DNA of 63,954 nt, filler included, from Sphacelaria rigidula (Eukaryota), in assembly GCA_964200075.2 (NCBI GenBank). It is 4 parts of 4 records of this genome, joined end to end, with 100 filler letters (N's around TTAATTAATTAA, not from the genome) between each part and the next. Parts side by side here need not be neighbours in the genome. Positions count along the whole stretch, not along the records: positions 1 to 15,920 come from CAXNAA020001549.1; positions 16,021 to 31,939 come from CAXNAA020001550.1; 2 more parts are not named here. The stretch is one strand, 5' to 3'. Below are positions 11,820-24,200 of this stretch, one piece after another (the stretch's first letter is position 1; the number at the start of each line of letters is the position of its first letter). Both the position numbers and the translations under genes were made by a program. Below the pieces are notes generated by a model. It saw only the letters and a list, made by a program, of their open reading frames with translations, ran no database searches and was not told where the DNA came from.

Positions 11820-13343
11820 CGAGCTGGTTCACGGTGATCACCCGGAATTGTGCCATCAGCAAATGCCTTCCGCGATACGCACCCAACAGTCGCATATATG
11901 GTATCATACTGAACGCAATGAAGAGACAAAGAGGGTGACATTGCCGTATTTTCGTTCAAGGCCGTAGCGGTGGCGCTATGGGCGAAAATATGTCTCAACC
12001 AATCAGCGCCCTTCAAACTGTTCCGAGATCGAAATTACGAATTTCCAGCCCATTTTTCAGCCAATCTCCACATGCTTCATACCGTACTAACCGTCATCGG
12101 CACGGGAATCTAACGAAAAAAACATAGTTTTGAAACGGTTACTACGGGGGTCGAATTATACCCGAAACCGTTATGTTTCGGTGATGATGGGTGTTGGCGT
12201 CGTCTAATTTCCACTGATGGTACGCACGAAAAACCCACGGAGCCTCGTGACGGTGTCCCCTATATCTGTCGTAAAAAAACTCAGATCGTCCTCAAACTTG
12301 GCAGTTCAATACGTATTAATGCTCAAAATGGAAAAATTGTGTTCTTGACAATAGTTCATGGTTTCTCTGTTCTCTACCGGTTTCCGGGGGTATCAGTATG
12401 AAGACCCCCAGAAGGCGGTACAGAATGCCCTAGGAGAAAACGAAGAAAATAATGCGTCCCGGGATAGTCCAAGGAACACATGTGCAAAGTTTGGTGGAGA
12501 AAATCGAAAACCGCATACAGTTTTTCTTGCCTTGACGTAAAATTCACCCCATAAGACGTTTCCATACTAAAAACAAGAAGTTAGGAGTCGCTCGTTTCAA
12601 GCCCACGTCCTCCACAAACGCGCCAACCTTCACGCCGTTATTGGAAGTTAGATCCTGAAACTCTGCACAAATATGCGATGTATCATTACGCAACTTTCTG
12701 CGGACGAGGTTGTTATACTTCTTGAGTTTTTTACCGTTTTTCGGGGGTCCGACGGGATTCAAGTCGTTTTTCAAAGTAGTATCCATTCTCGGACCCCGTG
12801 AAACCGGAACTACGACTCTTGTTTTATATTATTTCGTGATCGAGCTGTCGCCGCATAACCCAAGGAAGGGCCCCACGAAATTTCGTCGCAAAATTCGATC
12901 AACTGATGCTTGAACTTTCACGTTCACGTCAAAGAAGGCCCAAAAACGTCGTTTTAGTGCAAAAATCAAGTAGTTTGCGGTTTCACCGCGGTACGCTGAG
13001 GTTTATCGCACGAAAGCGAAAAACCTCACGCTGTTTTAAGGAGTTGGACCGTGAAATTGTGCACAGCTGTTCAATGGGTGATTACGCAATTTTGGAAAAA
13101 CGAGGTTTTTTATTTTATTTCTTGTACCGTTTTGCAGGGATCCGATTGAATCGATGTTTTCCCGAGAAAATGAGGACCCCCGAAAAACGGTGAAAAAAAC
13201 TCAGAAAGTAAAGAAACCTCGTTTTTCCGAAGTTGCGTAATGATCCATAGAACATATCTGCAAAATTTCAGGGTCTAACTCATTTAACCGGCGTCAGGTC
13301 CAGCCGATGAGTGTTTTTCGGGTTATCACCGTGAACCAGCTCG
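11820..13343. mobile_element. Non-autonomous TIR DNA transposon (~1.5 kb), probably TA-targeting (Tc1/mariner-like)
   Basis: The TIR CGAGCTGGTTCACGGTGAT(C/A)ACCCG is at 11820 and inverted ending at 13343. The left flank is TA and the right flank CA. Internal inverted segments lie at ~12650-12770 and ~13170-13280. There is no transposase ORF. Confidence 0.8.
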
Positions 13344-13759
13344 CAGTAGTTCACGTTTTGTTCTGTTTTTAAACGGTTTCCCGGCGTAACGTGGACATCG
13401 CCCGACGCATTTCATTTCGTTCATCACGGGAAAAAACTACCCGTCATCGGCAAGCAGGGAAGCCTCAATCGTGTGACATTCATCTATGTTCTTGGTGCCT
13501 CAAGAGTGCGATTCGAATTTCCTTTTCTTTGTCCTCCTCTCAAAGGTCAACCATCTCTCTAAGCTTGCTGCGGCTCGTGTGAAAACCGTGTCATAATTGT
13601 AGCATCATGTGTGTTGACGACAGCAAGGTGTACTTCCCCTACAAAGCACAGCATCCGTGTTGTCGTCCCATCTATTCTGGACACTGGTCCATGCCTTTCG
13701 GTATATGTGGGCGCGCCAGCTGGGGTGGGGTCACACAGGAGGAAGGTCAACACAGGAGC

Positions 13760-14008
13760 TTTTTCTTTTTTGTTTGTTTTTAGTACCCCACGTTCCTTCT
13801 GCGGTGCTTGCCTTTACTTTTGTCGCGATAGGCATGCAGTAGTCCCTTTCCTCCGTCGACCGTTGAGTAGAATTTTGTGTACCCACGATATAGTCGCTCT
13901 CCACTATTGGGCATGGTGTGACAAAAAATCCAAGATCGCTCCGAGATTTGAACCCACGACCCAACCGTCAGAGGGTTTCGAGGTTACCAACTGAGCCACC
14001 GGGGCGAC
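13760..14008 (-). mobile_element. tRNA-derived SINE
   Basis: The head GCCCCGGTGGCTCAGTTGGTAACC..GTGGGTTCAAATCTCGG carries Pol III A and B boxes. The body is shared with 4100-4210 and 55690-55805, and there is an A-rich tail. Confidence 0.75.
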
Positions 14009-14984
14009 CGGCTTCCGTGCTGAGAGCCATCCCCCACATTCACAAGCCATACATAGCTGTTCAGGGCGGATATGTGAATACCCGTACCACTGCTCACGAT
14101 GGCCTGTGTCTCGAGAGACAAATGCGGAACGCAATTTTCTGATTGGCGGAACCATGGACTTTACCGGTAGCCTCCGTGTGTGCACCAAACTACAGCATGC
14201 ATCACGTGCTTCGTCGGTGTTTAGAACGAGCTACCTGCAATCTTTTTCTGCGATTCCCCGCCTCCGAACCATTGTCTTGCCGTGCTGTTGCTTGGCGTCT
14301 AGTGCATCGTCCGGGCACCCACGACGTAGGAGCTGTTGACGACATGCCCAAAGCAATCAAATGGATCTAAAAAGCACAAAGATGTACGTGTGCCAAAGGG
14401 AGTAAAATTGTGTAGTGCCAAAGGAAGTAAAATTGTATATAGCCCTACTCATGCCTGTGGCAAATGAATATGAGGGTACGGCGAGAAACTGGAGCACCGC
14501 CACTCCGACGGCACAGCACCACCCACAGGCCGCTGCAAAGCCCTGATGGACGGCGGGCTTGACATTGGAGGGGACTACAGGGTCAGGGTGTTTTTGTGTA
14601 TGTTACTGTCTGTACGAGATTTCTGGCGTTCGTCACGCTTGTGTGGATCTACCAAGAGACAGCGGCATGATCCAACCATGTGTGACCATTCCCTAACCTT
14701 TCACCGTACGGCTGCGCAGACCTGACAATGCCGCATATGGGTGGAAGTACAGGATTGAAAACATAAAAAAAAAGAATATATGAACCATACCTGAATGAAA
14801 AAACGCCGGTATGAAATCAACAGCCTTGGGGTCTTCCGTCCCAAAAGGGTTTACTCTCGAAATGTCTCAACACTGTGCACACCCTTATTCCGCGTTCAGA
14901 AGCAGACTCTTATCACTTGCGTCCGCTCAATATCTGGGATTTAGAGTGCACCCCTCCCCACCCCCCCCCACCCCCTCCTGAACT

Positions 14985-15700
14985 CTAACCCTAGAGAGTA
15001 ACGAAAGGGCAGGCTGGAATAAGGTGGGATAGCGTAATCGAGAGAGTATGGAAGGATATCGGAGGGAACCAACACGGCATAATATACATACGTTGATGTG
15101 GGGCGTACAAGACAAAAGCAAACAAAAGAGAGAAATCAGAGGGAAAATAGCGCTTGGAAGGGGCGTGGACGAGGAAGAGCACCTGAAGATATACAGGAGG
15201 TTGAGAGAAGGAATAGGGGGGAAAATATACGTGAACGGCTCATTAGACTACCCGAAAAAGTTGAAACTGCAATTTCGGGTGGGGGACCCGGACCTGCCAG
15301 AAAGAAGAAAGGTATATAGCAGTAGTCGGGTGCAGGAGGTGCAGGAGGATGCAGATGCACAGAATTGCCCCTGCGGCGGAGTAATGGAGAGAAGAACTCA
15401 TATAGTGGGAAAATGTGAACTTTAAAAGGAGGAACGGCATGTGTGACGGTAGAGAGGAAGATATATTAAGGCAGTAGCGAAAAAACGATCGCTAGACTAG
15501 GAGATCGATGGTGGCCTTATGGCGGCGAAACAGGAAGTCGATACGATATATGAAGAGGCGTGCTCTGTAATGTATGGAGTGAAAAGGTGATGAGCGCCCA
15601 CGTGTTGGAGGTGTCTCTATTGGGAATAGGAACGGTGCGCCGTCTCGAAAGGCATGCATGGTCAATGGTCAAATGACCGTACACCCCCCCCCCCTCCCGA
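14985..15700 (+). mobile_element. 5'-truncated LINE (family Y), ORF2 C-terminal remnant
   Basis: ORF remnant 'KLKLQFRVGDPDLPERRK..NCPCGGVMERRTHIVGKCEL' has the CCHC-type C-terminal Zn motif typical of non-LTR ORF2, followed by the family Y 3' end. Confidence 0.75.
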
Positions 15701-15920
15701 TCCTGGCTCGGTGAAAACCCGACGTCCTCCGTCCCGTCTTCGTCGGAATGCGAGGCCAAGGGTCTTATGACTATGCCATGCAAGATCATGAGGTACCTCC
15801 CCCCCCTCCCCCCCCCCACCCACACACGCCTGGTCCGGCGAGAACCCGGCGTGCTCCGTCCCGGCTTTGTAGGGACGGACCCCCGATGGGGTTGGCGTCG
15901 GTTGGCGATGACCCTATGAA

Positions 15921-16020
15921 NNNNNNNNNNNNNNNNNNNNNNNNNNNNNNNNNNNNNNNNNNNNTTAATTAATTAANNNNNNNNNNNNNNNNNNNNNNNN
16001 NNNNNNNNNNNNNNNNNNNN
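15921..16020. other. Artificial contig linker (N44-TTAATTAATTAA-N44)
   Basis: A 100-nt N spacer with a six-frame stop linker; identical at 31940-32039 and 47950-48049. Confidence 0.97.
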
Positions 16021-18258
16021 AACAGGTCGCAAGTCGGGTTGCCCACTTGAGCCTCATCTCAGAGTTAAAACTCAATTCGCACAATCTGCTGTTAGTATAT
16101 GCGGAACAATGCGTAATAGGTGTACAGTATTTACAGCTGGTTGATGGATCGCGGGCCTGCGAGTCCGATCGGGGGACTCGTCGAGTGTTTTATCTCGATG
16201 GTACAGTATACGATGTCGGTTTTCTCCCAGTTGGAGAGAAGCTGGGATGTTGTTTCCTTTACAATGAACAGCTTGCGGTAATGTATGAATAGCTACCGCT
16301 GGTTCAGTCTACGTACCCATGATGGGGGGAATCCACGGAGCTGTCTGGTCTTGAGCACAGAACTGTACAGGTGGGTGAGCTATCAGTGTCTCTATCGTGA
16401 CGTACTATGTGATCAGCAATTATGTATTACTTATTTTGTGCTGAAGAAGATAGCATCTTTGAGGGAGCGGCATTGTATTTCAAAATGTATAACATGGTAT
16501 GCACGCGGGTATAGAAGAATTCTTAAGGCCACTATCGTACTATTTAAAAAGATGCGTTTAATCTCTTGACCGCTAGACGTAGACGATCAATTGATCGGCA
16601 TATTTTACCTGTGATAATGGTTCTCTGTATTGCAATGCCAGTGAACGATAGTGGGTTGCTAAAGCTCCATTGGAGTAGACCTGGGGTTGTTTTGTAATGT
16701 CGCAACATGGAGAATGGCCGAGACTATCGCGAAGTGGAAGAAGTGTCGTGGCTGACTTCAAATCACGTTCAAACCGGACACATATAATGTATATATATTA
16801 TATAGCGTGAGTGCTTTATGTTGTATGATATTATATATGTATATTTTTTATCTGAGTACAATATAGAGTATCAAACGAATTGGGCGTAATGTTTCATTCT
16901 ACAAGCTCATCATGGGACGAACCCTCGCTGCTAACTGGTGGTGCGTGTCATAATTCCACGATAAACGTTCATTGTTGACCTGCCTGGATTCAGAACTAGT
17001 TTAAATACCTACAGGTAGTGAAGCAGATACGGGGGATGCCATAGACTCTGGGTCGCCACTTTCCTGGGTTTGGTACACGCATGCATTGAATTTCAGCGTG
17101 TAGTAGGCATATTTATAGACTCTGGCCACCATCGTTAACTCTACATGTTACGACCGGCTGATGGATCGCGGGTCCGCGGTTATGGTCCGTGGACAGCTGG
17201 GGTCAAAATACGAATAGCTACGGCTAATAAAGTCTGTGAGCTCATAATGGGAGGAGTCCCGGTAGCTGATTGGGGCTAGGTGATACGATAGAATTCCACG
17301 TAAGGCATGAATCACACGTCCATGTTCCCCACCCGCTATTTGTTGGGCATGAAACATGCGTACGTATTCACCACCTTCAATTCACCCCGCATAAATCATG
17401 AGCACATGTTTCCAATCTATCATTGATAAAGCATGGATCATGCGTACATATTTTCAACTCGCGATTCGTGAGTGACGAATCAAATTGACAACCGTCAGTG
17501 TTTCGTACAAGAGCTATGACTCGTAAATGGTAAATGTATTGTGCTCTCTATTCTTGTGAAACTAATCGGAGCGTACACAATCCCGTTCGTCATTTGTACG
17601 ATGCTACTTCGAACGTATATTTTTCATCCGTGATTCGTACAGGGCAACTTTCGACGCATGAATTGCACTCGACAATCGCAACGAGTCGATTCGTACGAAC
17701 CTTACTTCGTTCGATTTGGAAATATTGTATGATAACAACCATTGCGGAAGCCTGTGAGCCCTGTGAGAGATCAAGTTCTCGCAAGAAACGAGCATCGGAG
17801 GGACAGAAGCCTACACATTTCATCAAGTGTTATATTTTTCATGGTTGTTTATCAATCACAGTAGAGTATATGCATATTTCGCTGTCTACAAACGGATACC
17901 TCGTGTGGAATTATTTATTAATGCGGACTTTCGAACTAAGGTGTGACTACGAACACTGACCTATCTTTGGCTCAACACGAACACGAAAACTGAACAACAA
18001 GAGGCATTGACGTGACTTCACGCTACGTCTTCTAGCATACGACAAATCATACGGCAATGGTTTGTGGATCTAATCGCAACAAAATTACAAACTCCTCGAG
18101 AGTTGGCGCACGCATATTTCAATATACCTGTGCCCACGAGTTAAAGGTATACGCACAAGCCATACTACAGGGCAACAACAGACTGCAGATACAACATAGG
18201 AAAACCACATGAACTGCGAGACACCAGATCCCATCCTCACAAATATCTAGGTCCCATT

Positions 18259-21200
18259 CTATCTAAACTTTCCAGGCTTGTCCTTCTCCCTAGTATTTGA
18301 TCCTCCACCACGCTGCTGTAAACGCGCACGTGCAGTGCGTAACCAGCGGATGGCCAGTGCTTTAGATGCATCTGATAAAACAACATGCGTGACAGCCCAC
18401 TCTGGTGGTACATCGTCACCCTCATCATCGCTGACATCGATGGAAACTGGAGGCCTCCGTCGTCCTGCCGTTCCCCACACATTTTCTTGTGCCTGTCGAT
18501 ACCATTGCATGAGGATCGCTCGCGAGGCAGCGTTGAGATATACAGGTCCCCAGTCCGGGTATGCTTCTTCTGACTCTTCGTCGCTATCCACGGCACCGCC
18601 CTGCATACTTCTGTCCCGAGCTTTCTCCTTAGCTTTGCTGATGCACTTCAAGCAAATTGTCTCGTATCTCTGATTTTGCATCCAAAATCGTTTCCATGCC
18701 ACCTATGTATAAAAACAACAAGAAGCATGCAGATCAACCATCGTGGAAGTCGTTATCCGCTGTCATCCTGTTCCACCGACGGTCAGGTAAAAGTGTGAAC
18801 CCGTCGTGAACGAATGTTTCAGCTTCCAACATGGCAGGCTGAAGAAAACGCAACAATGGCATAGTTGACTTTGTGTCCATAAAAAGTCTTGAAGACACAT
18901 ACGGCACAATTGAGGTGACTGGAAGTGGATATTTTCTTCATACGGGAGATAAGATTGCTTTTGCCACCTAACGTGGGTGTTCGATCGTTTGCTCTGTGGC
19001 TCTGTTGGACGCCATCGGCACTTTAAGTGACCCCCCAGGGGTCCAGCCGTGGTCTCATGATTGACGTACGTACCCAACAAAAACGAAACTGAAACACGCC
19101 CTGAAAAAAAAAAGGGGGACAGAACAAACATCCTATCGAGCATAATGCGTGCGGCGAGAGTTGTGTATATCCACTGTACCGAACTGTTTTGTCCTGTCCT
19201 GTCTTGTACTGTACTGTACTGTACTGTACTGTACTGTACTGCAGCGACAGTCATGGCAAAGCTGCAAACAGCAGCGGATCATTCTTTGAAATAATCGCGC
19301 CACTGTGATCCTAGACATATAAGAAAGACACGTATGACATACCTGTTAAGGCAAAGCTACATCCCATTTATATTCGGAAGTCATGTGGATTTGAAGAAAT
19401 CACTCGGTGAGGCCCAAGCTGTGTGTGGGCACCAGAAGCTCAAGTTGCATACCGGTGCGAAATTTGTAAAGCTCTCCAGGCATCAAATATTGATATTAAT
19501 GAATCAACCGTGTCGTGATATTGCGTTTCATAGTAGGTCTTGCAGCGTATGGTTCCGTACCGGCCGAAATACGCTTGCTGTTCATGTTTGGGCACTGCTG
19601 CCATTTTTCAGTTGCTCGTGCTTTAGGTATACAATACCTCACACCAGAACAAAACCGAAACACTCCCCCCTCCTTCCCCCCCGAATCTCCTGAAGCCAGT
19701 CTTGTGCGGCGGTGCGCGCGGTGTATAGCACGTCCAGACATCAAAACGCCAGCATCATCGCGCTAACTTGTCTCTCCCGGGCTATTTTCGCGGTCTATGA
19801 TGCTGTGTAGACTGAGACATAGTTGACCGCGACGAGAGAAGGTAGGTGTGGTGGTAACCTGGTCGAGATGTTACTGCCCGTTCTGACCTTCACCGCGGGC
19901 AGGATCATTGTCAGATTCTAGAAGAGAACACGAAACTTTGACGATGATGCCCAACCGATTGGCGACTCCGGATCTGGTGAACCTTCACCAGAGATCGGCC
20001 GTGCAGGTATTTTCCCCCGTAAATACATTATATCTAGATGATTTTCTCGTGTACACGTTGCAAGAGCTACACAAAGCAAAAAATCTCGGGAAGGATAAAT
20101 TCCTTCGTTGACTTCCTTGATGCTAAGATCATTTTCACGAAGTCTGCAACCCTAGAAGGGCATGCGCTGTAGAATTAACCGTTGAAACCCATCACAGCTT
20201 TTCCACAAACAACGAGTTATTTATCGAACTATTCGTCCCATGCGAATCAAGGTGGCGCAAAACGTGCGCAGGGGCAATGCATGCTGTACGAATCAGAAGC
20301 GGAAGTCAGCCAGAATTCATGCAATGCTAATCACGGACGAAAAAGATGTACGACTACATCGGTACGAATCAAGGTTCGATAAAATGTGCGAATAGTCACG
20401 TACGAATCGAGAGTGAGAAAAACTTGCGTGTGATTCGTACCATTTGAATCAAGGGGGGTCAATGGTGGGGGGAAATAAACATGCAGTTCGTACCATAGGA
20501 GTGAAGGGCGTGAAAAATGTGACAAAGAGAGTGCTGAACGAATCACGAGTGGGGGCAATGTGTGCTTCATTCATGCCGCTCGATTGACCGGCGGGACGAA
20601 AAATCCATCGAACACTCAACAGCGACAACGGGCCAAAAATAATTTGCCGTCGTGGAAATTTCAGAGTCCACACATGTCGTATCCACACATACATTGGGTT
20701 CATGCGTGATATGTGAGATGCTCAAAACGGTCGACGCTGAGAGCCAATTTTCTCTGCAATAGAAGAGGAATAATCGTGCGGGGCAATAGATGTGTGATGT
20801 GTGAGAGTCAGAGCGCTCACGCATGAGCAGCAGCAGTTTTTGTTGGTTTCCACAACTTTCAAATATTGTTTCTGAAAAAAACTGAAGTCTTTAATATTCG
20901 TTTGTCCCCATCAAGTACGTCATCTGTGCCAGGAGTTTAATACAGTGCATGCCACACGATTCATCCGCATGTGACACATCTTGCAAGTGCGCGCGAGTCT
21001 CGCCATGCCCCATTAATTCTAGGATATATCAGAATATGCAAAAAATCACCAGTTTCCAAACGGCCTCAGAAAGGAAAGAAGAAAGGAAGCAGCGATAACA
21101 ACGAAAACAACAAAAACAACAAAAACACCAGCAGCATGACAAACAACAAACAACAACAGCAAGAACAACAAAAACAACAACGAACAAACACCTACCTGTA

Positions 21201-24200
21201 CACAAGCACAAACACAAACACAAACACAAACACAAACACAAACACAAACAACAAGATGATTATCTTGCATTCCGTAGCTGATTACAACACTCCAGCTCGT
21301 GATTAGAAAAAAACAGGAGAAAAATGAACGAAAGTAAAAAATAATAAAATAGAACGTAAAGAAAGGAATACAAGAAGACAGAGCCAGGCTCATTCTATAC
21401 AGATGTTATCTGCACTTTTCGTGATCAACTGGTGTTACCCACAGCTCTATTGAGGTTCGTACTACACTCGTATCATGACCATGCGTTATCCGGTGGTCAC
21501 CTCGGGTTCAAACCGACTTACGAAAAGGTCAGGGCGAAGCATTGGTGGCCGTCAGTAAGCCGGGACGTGCAAAATTGGTGTAGATACTGCAAGGCTTGCC
21601 AACGACGAAAAATGGCCCACAATCGTCCACAATTCCCTACAGGCCATATACCTGTGGAAAAGCCATTTCAACGTGTATCGATTAGGCTCTGACGCCATCT
21701 ATCTGCGGCCGCAGAAGAAGCAGAATTCGGTATTTTTGCGCAGAAAAACGGCCGTGAAAAAAACAGCAGGAAAACCGAAATATTTCGCAGATTTTGAAAA
21801 AAATACAGCAGATTTTCGAAAGGACAGAGCATCATTGGCGGAGAGTTCCGACAGGACAGCACAGACTTGCGATTTCCCCCGGCAAAAAACCTGCAGACAG
21901 ACAGACAGACCCCCTCCTTTCAGGGCCATACACGTTACACGTTCACGTTTCACGTTCACGTTTCACGTTCACGTTTCACGTCAAAAGTCAAGCCAGGCTA
22001 GTACTACGGTGGGGGACGAGGACCACGTGGGGAGCTCTGTTCAAAAGTCGAGTAAAATCAGGGCTTCCCGCGTGTTTCCCCACTGTATTACTAGCCTAGC
22101 TTAACGTTCGATGTACGTATTTAAATCTGAACGTGTAACGTGTAGGGCCCCGTCTCCTTTTGCACATTTCATTCGTCCTCTCCAAGACCCCCCTTTTCGG
22201 CATTATCTACAACCGCTGGGGGGTCATTTCGTGTGCGAAACCCCAGCTCGCATTCGTTGCTGCGTCGCGGACTCTCAGATCTTTTCATCTTCTCATCTGC
22301 AGCTGCACAGCAGCAACATGTAATATACAGCAGTCCGTACACACACACTACCAGTCTTACGCAACAACAAAAAAATGATTCGGAACAGAATCCGACCTCT
22401 TTCGCCGCAAGTACGCGGTGACGCACTACACAACCCCATATCCACCAACATGAGGTGGTTGTCTGTAGTGTACATGACATGCGACCGAAGTTTCAGCGCG
22501 CAGAAGCGCTGATAGGGCGTGCACGGCCGTGCCTCCTGAAGTGAGCTCCTCTACAGGCGATACCAAGATTCAACAGCCGTGCCGTATGAATGACTTGCCG
22601 ACAGAGCCATGCCGTATGAAGGACTTGTCGTTAGAGTCATGCCTTATGACTGATGGTTCGTGGGGAAAATACGTGTGATCCGTACCATACAAAAAAAGGA
22701 AAGGAACAAAATATGTTTGATGTGCACGGTACAGATCACGGGTGGGGAAAACGTGATGTACGGGAAAACCGTGGAGTAGGAACGCTGGGTGTGACATATA
22801 TGCGTAGTAGAGCAGGCCGTATTCACGAGTCCAAAACACGCACTGGTCGTGATTTTGGTAGGAATCTCGTCAATGACTCATGCAAAGAGACCGTGTAAGG
22901 CTTGGAATCTCAATGACGACTGTAATCGTTTATGTTTGGAATGGTGGAAGCCATCACTTCTGCCGCGGTCACCGGTCGCAGTACAATTATCGGATGTATG
23001 GGGGACGACCCTTCTCATTGTGGATCCACCACTACGCACAGTAACATCGCAGCCGCCGTGGTTGCCCCGCCGCCGGTAAAGCTGCAACCGCATGCCAGGG
23101 GGCAGATGGAAACCAATCGGAGGAGGAAGGGGAGGAGAAAGGCGCGGCGGACGAAATGAAGGCGTGCACCGGAGCGTAAGGCGCGGACTGGCGCGTGATC
23201 AGGCAGCCGACCGGGACGAAGGCAAAGATGGGGGAAAACGCGTGCAATTCCAAATGTGATGAACACCGAGATTTCACACACGGTTTCTAAGTACCGACAA
23301 ACGCGTGGCGAGCTGGTTGTCTCGTCACCGATGGGGAGTGGGGGAACCTCGAAGATGATGGTGGCGACCACGGCGGGGGCGTCATAAGGTGCAGCGACGT
23401 TTCTTGGGAATCGTGCAGCTGAAATGCCATTGGTAAGGGATCCTGCGGCTGAGCTCAAAGATATGCAGCAACAAAGATTGACGGGAGCGCGACGGAACCT
23501 GACTTTAATTGCCCCTATTAATAGCTAGAGCAGGTGTTGCATGGCTCGAGCTCGAAACCGTGATAATTTACCGCAAGCGACACCCAAGACATGACGAGTA
23601 ACATCGTGTTCATCTCGCAAGGGGTTTTCAAGGCAGTGCGACAACATGGGGTGCTTTCCAGGTGATGGTTTTCGGGTCACAACCGAAACGGAACGCGTTA
23701 ATCAGGGATGGTGCCACTTGCAGATCACTCGGACTTATTCAAGCACACGACTAGAGGGGTATGTCGAACATTGATTCCCGTGCATGGTGTGGGGACGGCA
23801 CTCAGCAAGCAATCGCGGGCGTGCACCGGGGTCGAAGAGACGGCGTGCGCATTCTTTCAGGCGCCTTTGACCAGATGGTTCCGACGCTGCCTACCTTAAC
23901 GAACTCCAGTACCGGTGTCATTCATGGAAGGCTGCCATGGTACGACCCAAGGGATATCAATACCGATTCACGGTCGTGGGCGGAGGACATCACACGAGCG
24001 TCGGTGGATGAAACGATTCCGAGCCGAGACGTCGACTGAGGACCTGGTGGGATCGATGCCGGCTCCGGCGTATGCCAGGCTGCGTTTTTCTTTGGATAGC
24101 TCGCACGCATCGATCGAGGCCACCTTCCACAATACAAACGGGGAAGCGACGCCGCCAAACGCGGCGGCGATGGACGCGCTGGCGCTGAGTGGCGATGAGA

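Noticed and set aside
13935-14008. tRNA gene
   Set aside because: It has A/B boxes but no convincing acceptor stem, runs into a repeat body and tail, and recurs at 56365-56431. It is a SINE head.
15965-15976. TTAATTAATTAA as a biological motif (piggyBac site)
   Set aside because: It is embedded in N runs and identical three times; it is an assembly linker.
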